From NCBI GenBank assembly GCA_951804945.1, contig OX638150.1, positions 46,996,001 through 47,060,000 of the forward strand: a stretch of 64,000 bases of DNA, given 5' to 3'. The notes beneath the pieces are model-generated. The model had not been told where the DNA came from. It was given only the letters and a program-made list of their open reading frames with translations, and searched no databases. The position numbers and the translations under genes were made by a program. This DNA is from Podarcis cretensis (lineage: Eukaryota). Position 1 is the stretch's first letter, and each line of letters begins with the position of its first letter. This document shows, piece after piece, positions 1 through 12,072 of this stretch.

Positions 1-894
1 GAGAGTTGGAAAGAGAAAGGAAGAGGTGGGTGAAAGGAGGTGAAGGTGACAATGGCATGTGCAACCAAAAGTGGCTGCAGAACAGGAGAAATGAAAAGAC
101 ATGGAACTGGGGTCATCTGTATGCAAAGCATGAGAGTGGAGGGAGGGAGAGATGAAAGCAGGCTCATGAAAGGTTCTGAAGAATAGGAAGGGATGGTACA
201 TTCATAATTGGACAGGAAGTGAAAAGGGTGTTTGGCAGTTGCAATGGGTGGGAGGAAGAAGATGCAGGTGGCTACCACAGGGTGGTTTGTGTGCAAGGGA
301 AGAGTTGTACAAAAGGAGGAGGCATGAGCATAGGTGTGAAGGTGAAAATGAGTGCAAAGCGGGACTGTAGAACAGAAGAGAGCAATGGCTTCAAAATGGG
401 TTGGGAAGATGAAAAGCAAGCTTAGTAGTTGCTTGGGATGGGAAGGGGAATCTCTAGGGAGAAATGAATGAACCTTGAAAGCAAGAAAGCAGAATTAGCA
501 TGCTCTCTGGCCCAGCCCATACCTTTTCTCTCCTTAAAAGCTTATAACATGGAGAAATGGCTAGGTCAGTGAGAGAGACTGATCCTGTAGTGAAGTACAA
601 TTCTTAGTCAACTACAGGACTCAGATAGGCTAACAGGGAAATAGTAGTTACGTAAAACAAAGTAAACCAGTTACTTTCTGATTAATCCTGGCGATAGCCT
701 TTCAAGTAATACATACAAGCAGAGCATATTCTCCTGATGTGCCAGCAGAACAGGAATTCTCAATACAACAGGTCAAAAGGAAAACACAAAACTACTCTAT
801 GCATTTTTTCAGGGGCCCTATGACTGGTCAGGGAAGCAGCCAGCCAGCCAAAGTGCCTTCAAGGATGTGTGATAGGTGTAAGTGGAACATTTCA

Positions 895-1367
895 TTTTTT
901 TATTATTATTTTTTTTAAATAATATTTATTCAAATTTTAAAGGTTACAAAGAGAAAAAAGAGAAAAAAGAAAAATAAAAAAGACAAAAAATACAATCAAT
1001 TTTTAAAAAAGAACAAATCGAACCTTTACATAGCTTTCTTTCCTTTACTTATTTCCTTGACCTCCTCACACCTCCCATTTTTGTATTCTAATTCAAATAG
1101 TTATTTCAGCAAATCCTTCCAACCTTGTTTTTATCTTAATAATTTGTCTTAATATACTATAATTTTACATTCTCTCTTTCACCAATTCATTTTTACTTAA
1201 TCCTTTATGTCATTTCTGCCAAAACCACATAATTTTCTTTTTCCAACATCTTTCTAACAATCCTTAATTTTACAATATTTTTGAAGATAAACTTTAAATT
1301 TTTTCCAATCTTCTTCCACCGACTCTTCTCCTTGGTCCCGGATTCTGCCAGTCATCTCAGCCAGTTC
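895..1367 (-). mobile_element. 5'-truncated L1-clade LINE (ORF2 C-terminus, 3'UTR, A-rich tail)
   Basis: Minus-strand peptide ELAEMTGRIRDQGEESVEEDWKKFKVYLQKYCKIKDC*; T-rich start on + strand; perfect 17-bp TSD GTAAGTGGAACATTTCA at 878-894 and 1368-1384; near-identical to 7549-8156. Confidence 0.85.
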
Positions 1368-1693
1368 GTAAGTGGAACATTTCAGATGATGGATATTTAG
1401 GGCTTTTCCAATCATAGGAACTATAGAAAATAGGTGTGATTCTGAAGGAATCCATCTGAGGTTCCTGTCAGACAAAATTTAAATAAGGGGGAAACATCTT
1501 TGTGGTTAAATATGCAAAATCTGGAATCTGTTTCCCTTGCTTGGCTATAATGGAAGGAAAGTGTTTATGGTAGACAAGGGATTATTAAGTGGCAGAATGT
1601 TGTGTCTTGCCTCTGTTACAATCATGCTTAAAGAGGTTTGCATTATTATTATTATCTTACAAAATGGCCAAATAAATCAATTAAGAGTAGATG

Positions 1694-1719
1694 CACACAC
1701 ACACACACACACACACACA
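1694..1719. repeat. (CA)n microsatellite
   Basis: Seen directly. Confidence 0.95.
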
Positions 1720-3296
1720 AAACACAAGCCACAAATCACAATATCGAAAAGTTCAAAAAGATCATAATGTCCAACAGTGCTGAATAATCAATGTCAATAC
1801 TAAACAAAAACAAATTAATTTCAAACATTTCATCAATATTTACCTAACCCAAAGATTAATCTGCAATATGTCAATATACAGAACAATGCAAGAGTAAATA
1901 AAGAAGCAAGGCATAAAAATCAAGACCCTTTAAGCACAGAAATGCTCTTTCAAAGTACCAGTACACTCCTTCTCTAGTCTAATGTAATCCTATGCCATAC
2001 CAAAGTATTTGTATACCATCACATTCACTGTGCAGCCACATTTTTATTTTATTTTTTAAAAAGCAAACTTGGAGCTCAAACATTTCTTTATATCCAGAAT
2101 CCAGAGACATCAGTGCACATGTGTAAAGCATTATATACACTAGAATCTAATACTGCTTTGTAAGTTCCCTCACATCCTCAGATAAAGATGATCAGATAAA
2201 TATTTTCCAAGCCATTCATTAGAATGGGAGAATTAAATGTTCCTGTGCTTGCAGTATAGAAAACAAGTTAGGACCCTATTTTATATTTACAGTGGGGATA
2301 TTTGAATAAGTTGTTCCAATGGGCAGAGTTTGGGAACTGTGGTAAGATGCAGAACCCACTAGTCTCTGTGTGCTGCTGTAAGAGAGCTATAAATACAAGA
2401 AAGAATCCTATTTATGAATTCCAGTCTCAGAGCCTAATTTAATTGGAGCATTCCAACTACTATTGCTTATTTCACACTTCAATAAGTAAAGATGCATTAA
2501 TAATCGAAGCCTCGTACTGTAATTAACACTAGCTTTAGGCACCTGACAATGAAATGATTGCATTTATATATATGTAAAGCCTAATAAAGTAAGTCCAACC
2601 TGTGCATAAGTGACAAAAGTTACTTACTTTTTTTATTTTATTACAAATACACATGTAATTATGTGTTTCCGGGAACCATGCAGAACGTAGTTTTGCTTGT
2701 GGCAATAAAATAAATACATTTCCTCAAACATATAATTTAACGCTATATCTTGTTCTAGAAAGTAGAAGATAACCTATGCCAATTGATTCAGCTTGGTCTC
2801 CATGCAATGTAGTTTCCTTCTTACTGTTCACTGGATTGTGTGTGAGTGTTGTATTCTTTGCAAAACTCTTAGAAGTGAATCCCAACAGAAATTAAATCAA
2901 TAGCTCCAATCAACCACACACCCCCTGTGCTTGGCATGGAGGGGGTGAAGAGCAAGAATGTCTTCCTTGTGTAGCTGGGTAGTAGTTAGGACAGTGAATC
3001 TTGACCCAGGCGCCCCATATCAGCCTGACCCAATGATCACCCATCTCAGATCCAGCCCCAAATAAATGTAAGGGGCAGAACTAAGGGGATAAGGGAAGGA
3101 TATGGGGACTGAGACTGGAGGGGTGTCAATCCTATGGGGAAGGCCTTCTGAAGGAGCACCCTACATTCCACAGGATCCAATCATCCACTCAACAGCTGTT
3201 AAGCAATCCTGCAGGGTGCTGCTTTCAGGGAGTGTGGTGTTGGACAGGAAGGAGAAGCTAGCATCAGAAGGAGAGGTTAGGTGGGAAAGTCATGTG

Positions 3297-3860
3297 CATC
3301 ATGGACTGGCTGGATGCAGAGGAGTGGTGGGAGGCTGGGGAACCTCCAGATGAAAAAGGCTCAGAGCCAGGGGACTGGTGGTGGGATGATAATCAGTGGT
3401 CAGAAGGAGAAGAGGGGGGAGACTGGGAGGAGGCATGGTCAGAAGCTAAAGATGCAACAGGGTTTAGTGAGCAGGAAGATGTTGTGGCAGAGGGCAGTCC
3501 AGACTCAGAGGCAGGGGAGGATGAGGGCAGGAGACAAAGAGGAGGCAGGCTGTAGAAGAATCCAGGGAGCCTCACCCTCCTGATGCAACCAGCTTCCCTC
3601 TCCCCGGTCTCCCAGAACATACAGAGAAATGAAGAGAGATGAGCAAAAAGAGACAAGATGACAGAGCCTTAGGCTAATGGGGAAGGAACTGCGGAAGGAA
3701 CCTTAGAGAGTACTGAGAAGGCAGGGACCTTCAGTCCTTGCAACTGCCTTTGGGGGGCAAGAGTTTCTGTGATCATTAGGGCTGCACTGTTCTGGTTTCT
3801 TGGAATAAAGAGTTCATTGGCACTGGGTGTTTTATTAGTAACCTACTCCTCACTCTGGCA
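3297..3860 (+). mobile_element. LTR-like repeat unit (solo LTR or tyrosine-recombinase retroelement terminus), purine-rich
   Basis: Start CATCATGGACTGGC...AGAGGAG resembles the start TGTCAGGGACTGGC...AGAGGAG of 35644-36183; AATAAA at 3804-3809; ends ...CTGGCA; no clear TSD. Confidence 0.45.
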
Positions 3861-4394
3861 CCTGGCACTTGCAAATTAGTCCCCTGCAGCTCACATCCCA
3901 AGGCATCTGCCTTCATGAAAACAGTCGGCCTGGTAGGTCCCCCTATGCTTCTCCTAGGCCTGTCCACTGCTTAACCTTCTTCTCACATGGCCTCTCCTTT
4001 TTCATGCTTGATGTTCTGCCTCCTGACAGTCCTGGATTACTATGGGTGGCCCAACCCAACTCAGGTGGAGCCTGCATACCCTCCTTTCCAAATCAACCCA
4101 GTTCAGGGAAATTATCATATTCTGAGTCAGAATCTAGCTCTGTTGCTGGGCATCTGTCTGTCTTGGGAAGAGTGTGCCTTTGAGGGTGAAGTCAAACCGT
4201 TGGAGAGTTACAGTTTCTGCTGTTGCTGTAGATACTGATGTGGGAGAGACATGTTTTGTTGCAGTTGAGGAAGATGAAGATGTCCAGTTGTGCTGATACA
4301 GGTGTATGATGGCACCTTGATGTACCGTGGTACATTTAGCTCAGTGCTGTCTATGCTAACTGACTGTGGCTCTCCAGACCGGGAATTTCTTCTT

Positions 4395-4480
4395 CTGTCA
4401 TCTCTGGAGATGTTGGGTTTGGACCTTGGACCTTGTGCATGCAAGGCAGATGCTGTACCGCTGAGCTATAACCCTTCCTC
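4395..4480 (-). mobile_element. Degenerate tRNA-derived SINE head (Squam2-like)
   Basis: Reverse complement reads GGAAGGGTTATAGCTCAGCGGTACAGCATCTGCCTTGCATGCACAAGGTCC..., a tRNA-like A-box region; related copies near 56700-56810 (-) and 58520-58650 (+). Confidence 0.55.
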
Positions 4481-5830
4481 CATAGTGGGGAGGGTATAAT
4501 GAACAACATGAACATATACTTGAACATTTCATAGGTTGGGGAAATATTTCATTACCTTTTCAATTTACGAACCTTCTAGTTTCAGGTGAATGTTAAAATA
4601 CTTTAAATGGAAAAAAAAAACAAGAAATGCTAGTTGCTGGGTCTAAAATGTATAGCTATGTCAATATTGTTTAATCCTAAAATATTTATGTTGGAACTAA
4701 TGGCTAAGCACCATTTAAATATGTAGTAAGGCCCATAGGTAGTTTTTATTACTCTGCCTTTTCCAATTCTATTTCTAAAAAAAATCAAATTGTGTAAAAT
4801 ATTCTTTTTGAGGTGCTTTAGATTTATTAAGTATTAATTGACTGTGTGATCCCTTTTGTTAACTTTTAAGTAATTCTGTCCAGATGGCATGAGAAATGCA
4901 TAAATTAGGTACCATAATAAAGATATGTGATTCTTTTTCATCTACAGAAAAAGAATATTTCATGATATCTTCTATTTATGTGCCATAATCCCTAGCTATT
5001 ACTGAAGGTTATTGTTAGCAGCTGAGTGTTGCCATCTCCATCTCAAGCATAGGCTAAAAATTTGTGTTCTCTCTCTCTCTAGTTTTTTATAAAAGCGCTG
5101 CATTTTCTATTTTGTCAGACACCGGGACTCTATGCAGCTTGAAAATCTGAATTCTTCTAAAGCCAGAAAAAGTATACTTCATACAATATACCTTCTATTA
5201 AACACACCCTACCCCAATTGAAATTAGGATTTTTATAGAATGTAACATACCTGTGGTATTATACAATCCTTATTGCCTTTGCTGTATCCATTCGCTGCAG
5301 CTGCGATCAAACAATTGATCCACGAAACACATATTGTTTGTACAAGTCTTTAAAGTCTTTCGTACATTCATTCATATGATGAAGGTTAAATATATATGCA
5401 TATAAACATCACTGTAACTTAAAAGGAAAAAGAAAAGGTAGGAATAGCCCCGCCACTTGAAGGTAACTGCACTTTTATGAAATTAAGCTTTGCTGACTTA
5501 CATCTGAGTAGACATGCATAGAATTGTACTATTTGTTCCAAGCCATTTTCCCCTTGAAGTGTGAGCACAATCCAGTCAAAGGTATGCACTTCTCACTCTC
5601 CTTTTATATGACAGGAGAGATACTAGCACATGCTTAATTCCCATTGAAATCAATATGATTTTAATTTGGCCTAGTTCCCTCTCTCTGGGATTCAAATTGA
5701 TTTCTATTGATTCATTTTATACTTTTTAAAAGCAAAGACTCCAGTTTTATTTACCTGGAAGCAAAGTTATAGCTTGTAAGAAAGCTTCCATTTTACTATT
5801 TTGCTATCTTCCTAATGTTATTGGTATGGA

Positions 5831-5922
5831 GGCTGCAATCCTAAACCCACTTAAACTGGGGGGTAAGCCCCATTGAATTCAATAGGAGTTACTTCTGAGT
5901 AGACATGGCTATGATTGCAGCC
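5831..5922. repeat. ~92-bp palindromic mini-element
   Basis: Perfect 10-bp terminal inverted repeat (TIR) GGCTGCAATC/GATTGCAGCC; central palindrome ATTGAATTCAAT at 5872-5883; several degenerate copies in the window. Confidence 0.7.
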
Positions 5923-6977
5923 GCCAAAGCTTTAAGGGGACAATCACTCTTCTTGCTCTCTGACATAATTGCCTACACACCTCTTAAGCCAGACACCTTT
6001 ACTGGTTTAAACTGGACTCACAGGCCCAGTTCAAAAAGGATATAATTCTGATTCCTTCAAATGCTATATTATAGGAAATAATAGGAGGAGAGAAGGGGGG
6101 CTTTGGTTTTGTACTTTTTAGAATGTAGCCCACAGCTTCATTTCCATTACAGGTGAGAAGGGGCAGGATATTCAGAATAACATGTTACTTAGCTGACAAA
6201 TGTTGTAAGATGATCATAAATCTACCCTCATGAAAAATCAATGAGGATGTGAAAATAGGCCCAACGTAACCTATTCTCAGGCTGCGATATAGATGATGAG
6301 CAGTTGAAATCCAATTTGAATTCATAATACTACATTTAATTTACACTGCCACCTGTCAATAGGAAATAGACTGAGCCGTATCTCCTCAAAGATCCATAGG
6401 GAATGTTCAATTATAATTAACCTTCCTTTTTTTGTTAAATCTTTGTCATCGCAATTGATTGTTTGTGCCATTTCCCATTCTTGTAACAATCTGTCATGGG
6501 AAAATATTTGAATTTTAATCTAATATTTTCTCTGAAATATAACAGAAGACGCTTCCTCTCATCACTTTGGGATTGAGATCAGCTGTCCATGCCATTCCCA
6601 CCCACCCCTATCATTGCACTCAGACTAATCACTAAGGTGGGCTCAGAGAAAAATAGCTTTGCTGAACTCTTGGAAAGGGCTAAGTAATACCATGCATGGA
6701 TTTAAATGAACAGAATACAAGGTATTTGGAAAACGCTTTTACAACATCTCATTTCTTCTACAAAGATTGTCACAAACAGATGAAATGGTAATAAGACTGG
6801 GCACTGGCACTGACTTAACCTGGTGGTTATATTCATTAGACTGCAATGTCATTGTACGGTGTAGGCTGACAAAAACTGAAACAGATCTTCCCACATTCAC
6901 TGGTGATGCATTCCCACCAGCTCCTGTTCACAGCATAATAGTGTGTCCTAAATCTAGTTTTACTGTGTTTAATAAGG

Positions 6978-7152
6978 CCTGTTCACACGTCGCTTGAAGG
7001 GATAGGTGAATCTGTCAGTTCTGATTTCTCTCCATTTCGCAGGTTTCCAGTTTTCAGTCTCCACATATATGCTTAAGTTTGCATTTATTTATTTATTTGT
7101 TTGTTTGTTTCTAAAAGTCCTTATCAGGATTTATCAGCATTTGAGTGTGAAT
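6978..7152 (-). mobile_element. Old hAT-like MITE fragment, same family as 10895-11197, cut by a Sauria SINE
   Basis: AGGGATAGGTGAATCTGTCAGTT resembles the reverse complement of the right end of 10895-11197. Confidence 0.45.
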
Positions 7153-7157
7153 GTATA

Positions 7158-7516
7158 GGGACGCGGGTGGCGCTGTGGGTTAAACCACAGAGCCTAGGAC
7201 TTGCCGATCAGAAGGTTGGCGGTTCAAATCCCCACGACGGGGTGAGCTCCCATTGCTCAGTCCCTGCTCCTGCCAACCTAGCAGTTCGAAAGCACGTCAA
7301 AGTGCAAGTAGATAAATAGGTACCACTCCAGAGGGAAGGTAAACAGCGTTTTCGTGCACTGCTCTGGTTCGCCAGAAGCGGCTTAGTCATGCTAGCCACA
7401 TGACCCAGAAGCTGTACGCCAGCTCCCTCGGCCAATAAAGCGAGATGAGCACCGCAACCCCAGAGTCGGTCACGACTGAACCTAATGGTCAGGGGTCCCT
7501 TTACCTTTACTTTTAC
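7158..7516 (+). mobile_element. Sauria SINE (Squam1), full length
   Basis: tRNA-like head GGGACGCGGGTGGCGCTGTGGG, B-box GGTTCAAATCC, core GCAGTTCGAAAGCAC...AGATAAATAGGTACC, (ACCTTT)n tail. Confidence 0.93.
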
Positions 7517-7548
7517 GAGACAACCTGAATTGATGAGGGACACTTCCT

Positions 7549-8156
7549 TTTCTTTTCTTTTTAATAAATTTTTATTAAGGTTTTAAAAATTAAATAACAA
7601 TCAAAGAAAAAACAAAAAATAATACACCATCAAAAAACAGAAAAAAGAAAAAAGGATAAAAGACAAGTCAAACCTATGCATCACTTACTTACATTCACTT
7701 ATTTCCTTGACCTCCTCACACCTCCCATTTTTGTATTCTAATTCAGTTTGTTATTTCAGCAAATCCTTCCAACCTTATTTTCATCTTAGTAATTTGTCTT
7801 ATTATACTATAATTTTACATTCTCTCTTTCACCAATTCATTTTTACTTAATCCTTTATGTCATTTCTGCTAAAACCACATAATTTTCTTTTCCCAACATC
7901 TTTCTAACAATCCTTAATTTTGCAATATTTTTGAAGATAAACTTTAAATTTTTCCCAATCTTCTTCCACCGACTCTTCTCCTTGGTCCCGGATTTTGCCA
8001 GTCATCTCAGCCAGTTCCATGTATTCCATCACCTTCATCTGCCATTCTTCCCGGGTGGGTAGATCTTGAGTTTTCCAATACTTTGCGATGAGTATTCTTG
8101 CTGCTGTTGTGGCGTACATAAAAAAAGTTCTATCCTCCTTTCGCACCAATTGGCCG
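7549..8156 (-). mobile_element. 5'-truncated L1-clade LINE (ORF2 C-terminus, 3'UTR, A-rich tail)
   Basis: ORF 7904-8149 (...AARILIAKYWKTQDLPTREEWQMKV...KYCKIKDC*) resembles a non-mammalian L1 ORF2 end; 16-17-bp TSD GATGAGGGACACTTCC(T) at 7532-7548 and 8157-8173. Confidence 0.88.
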
Positions 8157-8710
8157 GATGAGGGACACTTCCTGCCCTAGAACACATGGCGACACCTCAG
8201 TGACTCAGACACACACAAAAGTGCTAAAGGGAAGTGCCTGCTAAAAGTGAAACTAATGCCTCAAACCATAGTACATAAGGAAAATACAAGGGTGAGGGTG
8301 GTGGAGGTAGAGCAAACACCGGCATAGGAAGAGGGAAGTGGAAGAACACAATTGGGACTGACAAGTCATGCTTGTAGTCAGAGGGAATCTGAGTGCTTTT
8401 TTTGGGTGGGGAGGGGGGGTCTTTTATTTTTAAACCCAGCCTCATTTTTTTAAAAAAGTGGTGTCTACTACAGACATCACTACACACAATTCAAAGTAGT
8501 TGAAATAGTATTTTGGGTTGCTATTTCTCTCTATCCATTTGATATATCCTTAAGAATTACTCTGTTGGGTAGACATAAGTATCTAATTGATTGTCGCTGA
8601 TATAGAATGGTGGATTGGATACTAGTATAGATAGGTGTTATAATATTAGAATGCTGAGACTATACATTAAAAATTGCCTTTGCTTTCTGAAGCGGTCTTG
8701 TACATTTTAT

Positions 8711-8756
8711 TACATAGTCCTTCTATATGCTTCTATACATAGTCCTTCTATATGCT
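8711..8756. repeat. Local tandem duplication (21-bp unit, 25-bp period)
   Basis: TACATAGTCCTTCTATATGCT at 8711-8731 and 8736-8756. Confidence 0.9.
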
Positions 8757-8764
8757 CTGCATAG

Positions 8765-8766
<2 letters not shown>

Positions 8767-8796
<30 letters not shown>
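8767..8796. repeat. (GT)n microsatellite
   Basis: Seen directly. Confidence 0.95.
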
Positions 8797-8800
<4 letters not shown>

Positions 8801-10404
8801 GGCTTTATGAAATATAAGGGCTCCCCTGCTTCTAAATATTCTATTAGGCCATTTGTATGAATGTAGAGTTTTATGTATTTAACCTTAGGTTTTCATTACT
8901 TATAAATTACTGATACTTCACACTTAAAGCAATTAAAACAAGTGATAATTGGCTTATTACCTCCATAATCATCTGCCATACAATAATGGCACTAAAAGAG
9001 AATCTGTTTAACATAATAGAATAAGGGCCATTTGAAATCTTTTTATGCCGAGGCAGCACTACTTTGACAGTAAGTTTTTATAGCAGTTGAGTACCTTATG
9101 CTGTAGTAAAAGCAAATAGATTTTCCATTACTGCAAGCCACTCGTATAATGCTGATAGAATAAATGGTGATTTGAAATAGAAAATAATCACATGGGCACA
9201 CTTTCTGCATCTTGGCTCAAAAAGCAAAACAGTTGTTATCTGCACCCTCCCTTAGCATTGTGTTTTGGATCTAAAATTTAGAACAGGTGAGGATCCATTT
9301 TTTTGCCTTCTATAAGCGATGTTATCTGTGGGCATCAGGGAAGGCCCTTCCTGTTTCCAAAGGCTACAGCCTTTCCATGGGCTTATTTAGATCTTATCCA
9401 CACGCACAAAATGTTACAATGAATGAGACTGGAAAGAAGAATCTTCAAGGAGTAAGTAGACTAAGGAACATAGACTTGAAGAGGAATAATAGTTGAACAG
9501 GGGGGGAGTAGCAGTGACCATGGGAATAAGGATCTAAAATAAATATTTGTGGTGAAACTCTTATTCTGACTGCACAGCATAGAACCCTCCACCAGAAAAA
9601 AAAAGAATAATTGGAAAAGTAATGTGCAACCTGATCCTAGACCCAATGACTCAGAAGTAAGTCTCAATAATTTTAGTAAAAATTACTCCTGAGTTTCATA
9701 GGGTTGCAGTTTTGCCATACAATCCTATACTTCCTTTATCAGAAGCAGGACTGGCACCAGCTTTAATGGGAGGCAGTGATGTGCATGGCACTTCAATTTG
9801 AACCTGCCCCCCCACCACTCGGCCCCCACCTGCCATTGGCTCTGCCATCGCTCATGCTTCTGGCTCTGCCTAGACATGTGAATGCTCAGCTCTAGGTCCA
9901 GCCAGATGTATCCTACTCAATTACTACAAAAGTGCCTGGCATTATATATGTGTCCTGCTATGCCTATTTTTGTGAGGCAGGTATTGGGAACTACTTCTGA
10001 TTACTGTTGAGTTGGAGGCGGGGATGGGGGGTGTCCCTCCCCATACACTGAGCAGTGACTTGATTGATCTAAAACAGTATTTGGACTTTTCCTGGTTTTG
10101 GTTGTTAAAAGTCAAGACTTTTCCTGGAACATATTCTTACCAGTCTTGATTCATAGTTTTGTGAATAATGCGGATAAGAAAAGGTATTTAAATCGGTCAT
10201 GTATTTTTAATGTATATATTACCAGAAAAATGAAATTCATTGATCTGCACTATGCCTTGTGCTTATATATTGATAGATTTACTGTAACAAAGGGTTATTC
10301 TTTTGTCTATCAGCAATACTTAAACGACAAGGAAAATTGAAAATGTCACATAGATTACTATTATTCCAGCAAACTTTATACTTTTGATGTGCCATGCAAG
10401 CATT

Positions 10405-10708
10405 GCCTGGCCAGCCCCACCATTATGTAAGTGGGGCAACTGCCTCAAACAGCAGATATTGGACAGCAGTGGCAGCCCCCTGGCAATTTCTCCTAGGCTA
10501 TTCACCTCTGCTGGAAGACAGAACCATATAGGCTACACAGGCTGTCCTGGACCTGCAAGAAAACAGCCTACTGCTTCTGATGCATTGTTAGCCACTACCT
10601 CATTAGCAGTGTTCATCTGTAAGCCCAGTTTCTTTCTGTACACAGAATATCGAGGGGACACCATCTTATCCTTTGCCTCAGACATCAAAACCTTTTGGAC
10701 TGGCCCTG
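10405..10708. mobile_element. Old hAT-like MITE remnant
   Basis: Ends ...GGACTGGCCCTG; repeated TGCCTCA subterminal motifs; a related copy in opposite orientation lies at about 42275-42445. Confidence 0.45.
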
Positions 10709-10894
10709 AATCAGTATGTGAGATTTCCATGCAGATCTGTTTATTCTCTGGATCTACTTGCTTAACAGACAGCAGAGCCCACAATCTAGTTAAGCTGTAA
10801 TATTTGGTGATTAAGGCTATTAGTCATTAATTTAGGGATGTACTTCAAGCTGTGTCAAACCTGTGGATAGCTATGGATGGATAGTATTAAATAT

Positions 10895-11197
10895 TAGGGA
10901 TGGGGAGAAATTTGATTCAATTAGCATTTAAAGGCGAACCTACCTAATTTGTATTTTTAAAACAATATGGCAAATGAAACATAGAGATTCTTCAAAATCT
11001 GCACTTCTCTGACTTTTCAAACACTCTTCTTAAGCCTTTTAATGTGTACAGAAATGAACTAAAAGAAGCAGTAATATTCCTGAAGATTTTTTAAAAAAGG
11101 AAAAAAAAACATTGTGGTGGCAACATTGAGAACTGAATTTCAGAATGGAAAAATGAGAAATTTAGAAAGTTGAAACCGACAAATTTGTTGTTTACTA
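10895..11197 (+). mobile_element. Old hAT-superfamily MITE with TAGGG terminus
   Basis: Starts TAGGGATGGGGAGAAATTTG; perfect 8-bp TSD TTAAATAT at 10887-10894 and 11198-11205. Confidence 0.7.
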
Positions 11198-11705
11198 TTA
11201 AATATTGTAGTGGAGTGTGTGTGCGCGTGCGTGCACACACACACACCCCATTGCTGGGATTTCTCCACATGCCTTAGATTCCAATGTGATGAGGACTGTG
11301 TCATCTTCAGGGCTGGCATAATATGTCTTCCATTCCTGGGCTATGTATGGGGATTCAAAGCCTGATTCCTCCTGACATGCACCCAGACTCTTCCCTTTTT
11401 AATACTTCCCACCTTTTGAACACTGAGGGCAGTTTAGCAACATTAGAGAGCTTTCAGACACTGCAACAGGGAGGGCTCTGGCCATGGTCCTCCCCATCTG
11501 ACCATAGACCTTCCTCTCTGACAGCATCCAGTGGCCTCACAATGATCCTCCCCAGTAGCTTAGGATTGTTCCCCAAGGGGCAAAACATATGATCAATAGC
11601 TTGCTTGATGTGCCTGCTCCCGGACTGGGCCATTTCAGAAGGCAGCTGTGTGATTTAATGTTTGAATGTTTCCTCATGTTAAGAAACTCTTTGCACCTTG
11701 CCAGT

Positions 11706-12072
11706 CAGTGCCAGATTTACATATAAGCTAAACAAGCTCTAGCTTAGGGTCCCACTCTCTTGCCCTGCCCCCCCCCAAAGGAAAAAAATACTGGATGTAC
11801 ATTTCCAAAATATAAGATAAAAAATAAATAAAATAAAACCTACATACAGCAACAGTGTTTTGTGTTGTGTAGGCGCCTATGATGTAATGGGCCCCACCTG
11901 CTAGCCTGCTCCCTAAAATATCACTGGTTTTAGATACCTATTAGGTCCATAAATTACCATATAGCATATATTCAACACAAAAAAGCGACAATTTGTTGTT
12001 GACAAAGGACAGCTGGAAGGGCCCCATTACCTTCAGTAGCTTTGGGCCTCATCAAACCTCAATCCGGCCCTG
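11706..12072. mobile_element. hAT-superfamily MITE
   Basis: Imperfect TIRs CAGTGCCAGATTT / CAATCCGGCCCTG; 8-bp flanks TTGCCAGT and AAGCCAGT match 6/8. Confidence 0.7.

Noticed and set aside
7158-7240. tRNA-like A/B boxes (also at 21237, 4395-4480 and 63401-63634)
   Set aside because: SINE heads, not tRNA genes; they continue into SINE body and tail.
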